A stretch of 64,000 nucleotides of DNA, from positions 3,782,001 to 3,846,000 of the forward strand of contig OZ116708.1 of assembly GCA_964199315.1 (NCBI GenBank), written 5' to 3'. Source of the stretch: Orbicella franksi (lineage: Eukaryota). The notes beneath the pieces were generated by a model, which was given only the letters and a program-made list of their open reading frames with translations, was not told the DNA's origin and searched no databases. A program made the translations under genes and the position numbers. Shown here piece after piece: positions 28,212 through 40,200 of the stretch (position 1 is its first letter; each line of letters starts with the position of its first letter).

Positions 28212-31200
28212 TCACGTCGTACTCTTCCGCTGGTACTTGTTGCGTGACATGTCGAGAGCGTTTTCACAGATATTTTGGTGGATGGAAAGAAACAGTGGTA
28301 AGTACGCCATGTAATCAAGGAACGAAATCTGAAACAGGAATGAACACAAATAACGTGAGCCAAAAGTGACTCACTCACTCAATCCTACTCGTGCCCTTGG
28401 GCACATAAGGCCATAAGAGCCATACGTGAAACCATCCCAATTTGTTTCAAGTCATGGAGATTTCTTTCTTTGTGTGTCTTGCAAGCAAACTCTCTCGTGA
28501 TCGAGTCGATAAAAGTAGGCAAGCAATACATGCCAAGAAACATGGCAACAAGGACCTAACACATTTAACACATTCCTTCAGGTACAAAATAAGTCAGTGA
28601 CAACTGTCAACCTTCGAAACAGTCCAGCATACTTGATTACAAAATGCGGAATTTTAACTGCCCTTGTGCACTCCACGTTTTTTTCTTTTCCCCTTTCCCA
28701 AGCAAAAGCGAATAATTGCCGATTCGAAAGAAGCTTAATCTTTATCGCAGGTTATTTCAATCCTTCGTCTGAAAAAAGAGGACTACAGGTACATTTACCC
28801 ATAATTCCTAGCAAACGAAAACTTTAACAACGTTCATAAAACGTACAGTTAATTCTAAAATCTTCAAACCTGAAACACACAATTTCGTTAGCACAGGGAC
28901 AAATATTGCAAAATTATGGCTTTCTTTTTACTGTCTGTACTTTATGGGTTGTGTTAGGCTCGCATGGTTATTGTAGGAAAATGTACAGCCACCATCTTTT
29001 TTCCTCCGGATGATCGGACCCAATCACCTACCTCTCCTGTCACACTTGACTGAAGTATGTGTCCAATCACGTGATCCTCTTGCTTCTGGTTGAGCCCGCC
29101 AGCCTTCAGTTCGATTCTAAGTTGATCAGCGGTGATGAAAGTTACCGAGTAATCTCCAGTTACGAAAAACATGTTCTGAAAAAAGTTAAAAGGTCTGCTT
29201 CAGGTCATGTATAAAACCCCTCGTAGTTTCAGTATAAAGAGACATAGCTTTGTCTACACTAAGTCGTAACGTAGCTCTTTGCGCAAGTACGAGGATTCGT
29301 GCTCTTTTACAGAGTTCCTCAAGCTCGGTTGCGCTTCTCCGCGAAAAACAGATTTATAGAGTCTCACAGTAAAGATCTTGGTGCAATGTTCCCTGGGCGT
29401 TATTCTTACATGTAACACGAACAAAAACCTCTCAGAGACACGATGGAAACTTAGTCTTACCCTAAACATTCCCAACTTGCACTCCAGATCAAAAAGGTCG
29501 AGATCCTCAACCAGTTGTTTGACAAACGCACTGAAAAGAGAAAACAAAGTGCATAACATTAAACTTATGTGTCGCACAATGCGCGCATGTTCACTTCGAT
29601 CGCGTAAAGACGAGCGGAGAGTCGATCAATGACGATCACGTGATAGAATGGCATAATGACGTCCACGTGACCCTGCAAATGTTTTCAATTCCACGACACG
29701 AGGTCGAGTGGAGTTAAAGAATAATCGAACGTTCGCTACACCACCACGCAACATAAATAATTTCGTATAAGTGAAAACTGTTAGGCTACAGTTCTCTAAG
29801 TACTGCATATACCATCGCACAAAATGTACTCACTCTAGTACTGTCACTCTTTCACACAAGGCAGTCGTCACTGAAAACATCTTGAAAGTTATTCTCGACC
29901 CAGGGAACAGCTCGAGAACCTGAAATAAAATCGTAGGTGTCAAAATTATTTCAAAGTTCCCAAACCAGGAGCGTTCTGGGAAATATAAGGCCATAGAAAG
30001 CCTATCTCTCTTTAACCTAGTGCCTAGATCTCCCATGGTGAAGTGGAGTGGAATCTGGTAAGGAAATTAGTCTCTCTCCATAACTCGCCTGTAAGGAAAG
30101 AAGTCTGTTTCAAGTCGGCTCGAGTTTCAAGTCCTAAGCAGACAGCGCATCAGTCGCTACAGTCAGCAAAAGTGGACGTTGCAAAAGTAATTCGCTTTCT
30201 TTGAACGAAGCCGTAAAAATTGTACGATTTGAGTTTGAAAATGGCTCTAAAAAGTCAAGAGACTGAGTTAAAAATGCAAATTGTCCTAAAAAGAAAAACT
30301 AAATAAGAATTGAGAATAGTGACACTCGCTCGATTTTTCCCTCCTCGAACAGTCGCGGTTGAAACCAACAGATGGATAAAATACAAAAGAAAAACAACAA
30401 GAAGAAAGAAAGCTCGATCATGAAGCACTACTTTCGAAAAAAATAACGAAAAAAAAAAACCTGAGAATCTCATTGGGTACATCTCAAATTCTGAACAAGG
30501 GAATGAATCATTTAAAACGGTGAAAACAGTAATTTCGTTTACTGTTTTCTTCGAGTTTATATATCCATGGAAACATCGCCAATTTTGTACAATAGCAATA
30601 GTTAACGTACATCACACCATACGAACACACGTTTGTAAAATCAAGGTGACACCGCCCTACACATTGTAAACACAGAATACCGAAAATTATTCAATGTACG
30701 AAATCAATTACCACCTCTTTACAGCTCTGTTATTTGTGTAAATGCCGTTTGAAGGATCTGTTATTGTGGACAGCCCTTACTGTTGCCAAATGCAAATTTT
30801 TTTCCTCACCTGTCGAGCAAAGCTGCTAAATGTATTGAAGATGGACTTAAGCAATTAAAAAATTCCATGGTTACCGTAATTTAACAAAAAGACCGCGGCG
30901 AACCTTGAACAAACTTCACGCAAACACGAATCGGGGCAGAGGCAAGGAAAACATATTTACTTGGGATAATCGCAGGCTTGACGGTCTTAATTATTTATAG
31001 ATTGCTGGAAAAAGCAAATGCTACTGAATTACATCGGGGCTGCTTTAAATATTGTCTTCAGTTGCGCCTCTGTTCCTGTGAGAAATAATTTCTTTTGATA
31101 TAGTAGTGACCTTAAATTAACTCTTTTGTGTCATGTATTGGGAAGGATCAACACAATTTACGAAAGCATAATTGATATTTTACCACAAGTACAACAACCC

Positions 31201-34200
31201 ATGTTTTTGTGTGCCATTGTTTTCAAACGTGAAGCAGTATTTGCTGTACGTCAGAGAGAACGAAGAGACAAGAGACTGCGACAGAAGAGCTGACATTAAA
31301 AGAAAGAATATAGTGCCGGACATTTACTTGTACACGGAAGCCAACAAACTGTTAAACAGGAGCTGGAACCCGAGGTTGTTACCTAGAGTTGTTTGGCCAG
31401 CTTGAATATTCGCGGCAATGGAAAGTCTTGAGAAGAAAACTGGCTGCATGAAAGTTCAAGACCCGTACTTCGGTAAACGAAAACCTTCAACTACTCTCAA
31501 GCGAATTCACCGAAAAATGTTGCTTTTGGAAAGCCAGAAAAAAGAGGAGCAAGTAAACCAGGAGCGCTCTTCGAGCACGACACCTTCGTCAACACGAACT
31601 GTCCTGTCATCTTTGCGAGAAATTAAACAAGACGAGGTACAATCTCGCTCGAATGAAGAATTAAGCCGATTAACAATCACTGCAATACCTCGACAGCACA
31701 GAGCCTCGACAGCGCCAGGAGAATTGTCAACTTCAACGTTAACTAAAGACCCCTGGCCATCAAAAGATGACTTTGAAACCTTACTGTTTCGAATGATTTG
31801 AGCGTCGTTCGCTCGAGTATATCCCGGTATCGAATGGAATTCAGGTGTAATTTTGAATTCATTGTTTTGATTTTAGAGCTTAATTTCATGTAAAAATCGA
31901 TCTACGTATTTAAAATATTTATATACAAGAATGAATTCTTGAATTTTGCTTCGAATATTCAGAACTGTGAATTTTTTTTGCTGTTTCATCTAAGGGGCTC
32001 CACGCTGGGAAAAAAATGACAGAATTTCAAAAATCAGAAGTATTATAAATATAAATAATGAAAAGTTAGTTTAATAAAGCTCTAGAGGATATTAAGGGCA
32101 TTTTAAAATAACACAGAAACATGTCATGTTTTCTTTAAGTACAGCGACAGTATTAAGAATGAATGAGGTTGCCAATAATGTTTATTTTGGCGAGCTCTGT
32201 AGGAGATTAGCCCTGTCTTATTTATTAATCGCTAAGTAAAGAAGCGGGATAAAAAATATAATTCTTCGATCGCAATACCTTAAAATATCTCGACAATTCG
32301 CAGTGATATGTTTGAAAATATATATATATTTATATCTCTCAGAACCTCAACTGAATAAATTATTGAATTCTAATGTCCGCGTAGTCAACCCCAGTCCACC
32401 ACGTCCTAAACAGGTGTTCTTCAAAGACCTAGTTCCCAGGCTACCTACGTTGATAATATCTTACCTGTAATACAAACAAAAGCTGTTTCCTTGACATCCC
32501 TGCAATGCTTGGTACACCCTCTAAGGCAAGCAGCATTTGCTGTGAAAACAGAAAAAAAATACCAAATTGCTTTTCATAAGTGAGCCTCCTCGATTCAAGC
32601 CTGCGAACAGTCCACTTTTGAGTCTCACGCGCGAGAACACGCGCGAGTGAAATGACCCGGCGGGGACGAGTCTGGTGCGGAGGCGCCCAGAAAATGAAAC
32701 TTTCTTGACTGATCGCGGGCCACCTCGACTCTTTATAAACGTTGCTTTTGGTTCAACAATTGAATTTGTGTTCCACAAAAGACATTAGAGAGGGATTCAA
32801 TACCACGCGTGACGTGTCGCGAACGGAAAGTCTCGCGTCTTTCACTGTTTGCAACCATGGTACAATGAAGTAGCTCCGTAAAACTATGGACCATAACTCT
32901 TTTTTAGATATAGCCTCGCTCTTGTTATCTCTTCTGATGTAAACGTAAAATTGAAATACCTCGTAAGATATAATGCCGTCTTCGTCGTCATCTTCTAGTG
33001 TGAACGCGCGGCCATACATTTCAAGGCGACTTCGATCCACAAGTCTGTATTGTGCCAAATAGTCAATGGTCGAATCTAAAAAGAAACAAGCAAAAAAAAA
33101 ATCGTTTGATTTTGGTTGGAATTGGTATGACAATAGGCTGATAAACACAACCTTGCTTACCTTTCCTTGTTTTAATATCTGCTTGTCCCATGACATCACT
33201 GATGGCTTCCCTTAAAGAGGAACGTTTTTTGTGTAATTAGAAAAAGAGCAACTTTTAACTTTTTTCCGTTGAGAAAGGCAAGATTAGTGTCTTAGCATTT
33301 CTAAGTTGAAGCAGTTTTAAGATGTTTACAGTCTGTTCCAATCCTATTGATCATTAGTTAACACTTAACGCCGTTAACGCTTATCGCTCTCAACGCTTAA
33401 CGCTCTTATATAATTAAGGTTTAGTTTCTGTTGACCTCTCTGTTGGCAGCATGTAGAGGTTAGGAATCTTGTTACTTCCCCCGGCAGAGATACTGGTCCA
33501 TTCTAAGACTCCCACCTGCAGTTTTCCGAGGCTGCCTTTACAGCTCGTCGATACCAATTTACACCCTTACCCGGGTAGATAAAGCCATTGCGAGAGCAAG
33601 GTGTCTTGTCTAAGAGCAAAATTAATTAGTTCAAGACAAGGACTCCGCCAAGCGTTCAAATCCGGGACAGTTCAGCTAATCTTATGCATAGGCAAGACTT
33701 TATTTGTCAGGTACTTAAAAATTTCCGTTGAGAGACGTTGAACTTCGTTCTGTCACAAACGCAAATCTGTGATTCGCTTACTTCAAAACGTTCTGCAGTC
33801 TCTTTCCCAGCTCTGCTCGTTCTTTAAATGCCGCGTTCACTCGGTTCACTCCTCGAACTGGGAAAGAGAGAAATAAATTAATTAGCACTACAAAGGCTTA
33901 GACTTTCACTGGCGTCTTACGATAGTAACTAAGAAGCTTGTCACTCTGTATATAAACAAAAACAACAAAATACGATATATCTTATTACTATGTCTATACT
34001 CCTCCGGACAAAGAGGTTATTAAGCATCGTTGTAAAACACACCATACGGTAAATAACTCATTGTTTTGATTCACTTCTACAATATTTTGATGCTGGTTTT
34101 CCCATCACTTGGCGAATCAAATGCAAATTGAGACGAGGACGAGGACGAGACTTTTTTCGCACGGTTGGTGGTTCTTCAATATACTTCAATTAGTTATTCA

Positions 34201-37200
34201 TTCATTTCTATATCTTCATTCTTTAGCTATTTACTCAGTACGTATTTTATTAATTATCAACTCACTCTTTGGAACCACTTTTTTGACTTCTTCCTGTTCC
34301 TGTTCCTGTTCCTGTTCCTGTTCCTCTTTCTCTTTCTCTTGTTCCTTTTTCGTGTCTTTTTCTTGCTCCTTTCCGGTGTCCCCTTCTTCCGCTGGCTTCG
34401 TTTCACCGTCATTTCCATTCCTTGTTACTTCCGTGGTTATATCATTGTCGTCTTTGACTTTCTCCTCTGTTACTAGTATTTCCTCCCCAGTTCCCTCGCT
34501 TTCAGCCGGCATTTGCTCTTCACCAGACTGCGCCGTTTCTATAGCAGGAGTGGGACTAGAAACTAGTAAATCATCTTCAGTCTCTTCCTGGTGCTCGGGT
34601 GACTTTCGTTCAGACTTCGGTACTTTCTCCTTTTCTTTATACACAACAGTTTGTGAAAGAATCTTTTTGGATGGTTTGGTTCTCTTGGTGGATTTAGTCG
34701 GGAATGCAGAGGGCTGAGGTTGAGCAGGAAGATCTTCCACTGGGGTAGGGTCTTTTGATTCACCATGCTCATCGAGCTCTCGCTGCAAATAAAAAGTCCG
34801 TTAAAATAACATTTACGTTATCACAGTCATCATCATTACCCCAGCTAACTCTAATCAAGGCATTTTACATAAAATCCTAATGGTGCGTAGAGTATATAGG
34901 TTAGTGGCTCGCGTTAAATTTGCCGTTACACAAGAGGTTTGTACACAGCACAGATCACTAACCTGTTGTTCCTCGATGACGTCATTTTTGTCCTCGACTG
35001 GTTCGTTTTGTTCGTCAATGTGTTTCGTCGCTGTGCGTTTCGCCCTTACACGTTTTATACTGTTTAAATCTTTTGACTTTCTTTCTGGAGGAGGTCTGTA
35101 AAATTACAAATATTCACTGAAAGTTATTGTTGTACGCACTCCTTCTTGGTCACTCGTTTTGCCCCGCCTAGGGGCCAGTAATTAAAATCAATAATTAAAA
35201 ATGGCTAACGATGGCATGAATAGATATTCATTTCGTGTTGAAATGTTCGTATCCATTAGTTATCTTTAGGTTAGGACAATTTTTGAGGTACGGAAGGGAG
35301 GGACGGGGGGAGGGGGCGGAGTTGGGCAATTTCCAAAAAAATAAACTTCAGCGCAGCATAAACAGCTGAAAAAAATTCGTGCAAGGGGAGCCATGGGGAA
35401 AAATCGAACAAGTGATGTCTACTAACCAGGCCCTGTGTTTGACTTCTTTAAAAAATTATTACACAAGCTATGCCACAACACCCAAAAAATCATGCACAAC
35501 CTAAAGAAGTGAAAAAAATTTCATGACCCAGAAAACCGCCCCCCCCCCCCAAAAAAGAACATAATGGTTTGCCCCCAAGAGATTATCAAGGTAAGTACCT
35601 TAATAATCTCTTGTTCGTCCCTTATTAAAACGCCGTTGATCCCTTGGCTGTTGTCACAATGTGCAATAATCTGAAGACTAGTTTGATTATCATTTTGGAG
35701 ACGAAAGCTCTTGGTTCACATATCTAAGGGTAGGGTACCCAGCGGAATAATGTTAAAATCTCTTTTTTCTTACCGACTTCTTCGCTCCTTGCCCTTTTTA
35801 AGGCCCTGAGGAAAATAAATGAAATATTTGTAAAGTTAAAGCTCGCAAAGCTCGCCTTGACAATTTTTCAGTTGAAATAATCTTCTACCCAGGGGTATAT
35901 ATGGGTACCGGCGAATTTAATGCTGGGGGTAATCCTATGTTGGACTAGCATCCCATCCAGGGGGGGGGGGGGAGTAGAAATACTCCTGGTGTCTTCATGC
36001 CACGGAAATGGGATAAGCTCTGGCTGTAGCGGCCACTGGCTTGACGTAGACATTACCTTATTCAGCAAACTAAGCACAGCTTACATCTCTTACCTGACCA
36101 GCTCTAAGTTCGCCGCTAATCAGTAACAGACTTCCCTCTCTCTGTGTTTTGTTGTCAGATACTGGCACGGGACTGTCACCATTTTCTAAAAAAAAAATGA
36201 AAATAGTCATACGCAAGTGCATTAAAAAAAATAAAATTCACCACATGTTGAAGCATCTCTTGAATGATGTCTGTCCTCACCTAATTCAGAAGCCGCTTTA
36301 GTTAGACCACGACTTGCTGGTCTACCTTCATCATCTATACAAGAAAAAAATGGCAGACACTTACTTTGAGATATTTATTTTTAAAGGTTTTCACACCTAT
36401 TGTGCGCATTGCTATTAAGAACATGAAACATGAAAAGTAAGGCGCTGTTTAGTTAAATAGTGGGGTAGTACGTGAAGGAGATGTACCTTGTAGTGCAAGA
36501 GGATGCTAAAAAGCCGCCTCTTTTGTTAGGCGTATAAATCTACTATTTGTTATTGGACAGAAAAATGTGGCAAGCCAGTGAGAGGGGGGGGGGGGCGTAA
36601 TTTACTCTGCTGGGCTTAGCTATATGCATATGGCTGGGTCAAGGCAATCCCAGGTTATATTGAGAAACACGCATTTTATCGCCAACTCTAAGCAAAGCAA
36701 AATACAGTTGCATCTTGTTAAGTATGGAGCCAGCTGATCAAACAAGTCAGGTCTCTTTGGTTACGCATTTTACCACACTCGTTATGTATGAAGTCACACA
36801 ACAACACAGCTTATTTTACTCATACCCTCCGTGTCGACGCTCTCCCCTTCCCGCTCCTTCTCCTCATCACTAGCTGCAAGTCTCTCCCAAGCAGACGTGC
36901 ATCTGTATCTCGGCTTCCCACAGGTCTCACAGATATCCCGGCAGGCCTTGCACGGCCCACCTGGCCGCTGACACAAAGTACCACACTTCGAGCAAACGCC
37001 TTCACATTCCGGAATAAAAGCCGAGCACCGATAACAGTTTATTCCTTTACATCCATCAGGGCTCTGCTTTTCAGAGCTATTTTCTTGGTCCCCTCTTGAG
37101 TAAGGCGCTTGGAACTGTTGCGAGAAGAAATTCATGTCACTCTCGCTAAGCTCGTCGGAGCCACGGGGACCGCGAGGTCTGGGGCGGCGAGGAACATCTT

Positions 37201-40200
37201 CGGGGTCTGAATCTTTGATATAAGTAAATGAGAAAAAACGTGACAATGTCAGCGAACGTTAAGGAAAAACAGGAGCAATAATAGGTCATGATTGCAGTGA
37301 TTCATGACCACGGGGGACAGTATCACACATGTAGATCAGATATGATTTTTGGAGTCTAGCGCGAAAGGCAGCTATCCTACTCTTAAAAGCACAAACATTA
37401 AATTCAGGTGAGAACCTTGACCTCCGTTAAAGACAAAGCTTAGCCAGAAGCCCTTTTGAGCCGCACTTAAAACATTTTTTTCCTGTTTTTGTCGAGGCTT
37501 GTCAGAACACCAGACTACAAAAGACTAGGTATCTGTTGTATCAGCACGACGTCATTGCACAATTACGTCATGTACGTTGCTCGATGACCCTAAATTAACG
37601 GGACAGGAATTCCTCAGCTCTGGCAGATTAATTTACGAGTTAGAATTATGCAACGTAAAACTTCATACCTGAACCGATTTTGGGTATAGGCTTGACAATT
37701 GGTCTATTTGCTTTTCTGTCTTTAGCATGGTCCTCTGTGGCAGTACTCCTCCGCGGCCCGTTCTCCGCAGTTCTTTTATTCTCAGGACCTTTGCCGCGGT
37801 CTGTACCACCAGGTTTGCTCTCTTTTCTCCTTGCAATGACTGTTGTGGTTTTGTCGGATCTTTTCCGAGTCCTTTCTTCTGTGTTCGGGTTGTTCGTTCC
37901 TCTCTGGGCTCTATTCTTCCAGAGTTCTTCGTCACTGCTCGACTCACTCAAATCGCTCAGTGGTTGCACGTGTAAGCTGAAGTCGCTGTCCCAGTCACTG
38001 TCCCATTCACCACTATTTAAGGGGGCTCTTAACGAATCGTTTTCTAAGAGGTTCTGTGATTGGGCGTCTTCTTTCGCTATTGTGCCACCAAAATATACAT
38101 TAAAAAAAAAAAACAATTAGACTGTTTCTTATATGAAAATGAATTGACAAATTGAAAAAATGCCAGAAAAAAGTCACCGAACTTTCCAATGGCTAAAGGC
38201 AAAGCTTTAGAGGGAGGCAGAAAAAAACTTCTTTGATAGAAATCTAAAACCGACCTTTAGGTTGTTGGTCTTTCGCCTTCTTTTCTCTAGACTCTTTCCT
38301 TTTTATCTCTTGTCCTTCCTCTTTTCGTTTTTGATACTTCTTCGCGTTATTCCGAGCTTGTTGAATCTGAGCCTGCAAGGAGGACAGGTCAGCGTTCTCT
38401 TCGCTGTCACCAAGGTACCCGTCATGCTGTTCGGGTGATATTGACACTGAAGAACTGTACTCCACGTCATCCTGTTGGATAAATAGTATTTTTAGTTGGC
38501 TAAACGTTCCAAATGAGTGATAACGCTGTTTTAACAAAATCATTACCTGATCATCAGCAGGGGAGGGCATTGTGGGTCTGAGTGAGCCAGGACGCAGTGA
38601 GCCTGGGCTCCAGTCATCACCATGGAACTCAAAATCTGAGAAAGTGTCATCGCTAAACCTTGTTGCAGAAAATATGATGTCAACATCGTCTTCGTCATCG
38701 ACGACCTCTTCAATTATGGGTGATTCGCTAAACACGTAATCCCGCTGATCCAAGCCGACAGTGTAAAATGATTCTGTTCTTGAAAGAGTATTTTTGGGGT
38801 GTTTTACATTTTGGCTTGTTCCATTTTCTCGTAATTCCTCTTCGTTCTCACTTACGTCGTGTGATCTACGTTTGCTTGTTTTTCTGTCGGTAAAAGTTTG
38901 TTTATTCTCTCGACTTTTTGAGCTCCTAGTCTGGTGAGTGTCAGTTTGAATTCCTTGTTTCTTATGATGATTCTTTTCCTTTCGACGATGGCGAGCATCA
39001 GTTTGAAATCCTTGTTTATTTTCTTGATGTTTTGAGCTCTTAGTTTGGTGAGCATCAGTTTGAATGTCTTGTTTCGTACGACCATGCTTTTCCTTTCCTT
39101 GATGTTGCCGTTTTCTTCCCTTAGACATGGAGTTTGTACTTGCAGTCTCTTCATCTTGAATCCCGTGTATAACGTAACTAGTCTGTTTGGCGCCACCAAA
39201 AGGTCTCCTTCGTAACCTTACAGTAAAACTCGATTCTGTATCGTAATCCTCTATCATTTCAAAATCACTGTAAGCATCGAGATCAGACGAATAACTTTGA
39301 TTTTCTTTCCCCTTAACCCAATCTCTGCCGTCAATCCCATCATCCCTTGTGATCTCAGCTCGAGTAGTTCCATCATCCCATGCGCGCCGTACATCCGGGG
39401 GCTCGTTTAATTTCTCGATATTCGTTCCAGGCTCCGTCATAAAGACGCTACTTCTTCCCGATTCGGAACGCTTCGGCTCGTATTCCTGGTCCCTAGTGTC
39501 CAGATCCTCCTCCCGTTGACTTTGTCTGCTCATATGTAGTCGGAACGATTCTATATCGTCACGCCAGTCCACTGGTGAGCTTGGTTCCCGAATTCCACTG
39601 TTATTTTTCGGAGAGAAACGTGCAGCATGCGAATTTTGAAAACGCCTATGATCTACAATAAACCTTGGGTCTCCTTTGTGTAAAGTGTCCAGAACACTTT
39701 CGTGTAAGTCTTTCTCTGTGAGCATTTGATATTCTGTTGTAGGCGCACCGCATTTGTGGCACTCCTTTGGAGTCGCAAGGATTGTGCGAAGCTGTCCGCG
39801 AGAATTCGTGACCTTCTCCGAGACTGGCAAGGTTGCGTTGCACACAGAACACGCGTAAGCTGGAGAATGATCAGGGTCATACTGGCCAATGGAAGGAAGA
39901 ACATCCAAAACCTGACAAAAACGAAACGAGAATGATCAAGATCTCAAATCGCCTTACGATGTTCTCGCTATGCTAAACAAGTAGGTGAGGAGAATTAAGA
40001 GAAAACTGAAAATTATGAACAGTGTCTTCATATACCAGCAAATTCTTAGCACCAACTTAGGAATAATAGTATGGCGCAGAGTAAGGAGAATTAAAAATTT
40101 GAACCCGCGACATGAAGAGGAAACAATGCAAAGCGATTTGTAAAGCAACAGTACGGGGGCACATGATATGTCGTGTGGGTGGGAGGGGGTGACGTTAAAG

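Noticed and set aside
34109-34717. 202-aa and 103-aa plus-strand hydrophobic ORFs
   Set aside because: Antisense shadows of the Glu/Lys-rich exon 34782-34266.
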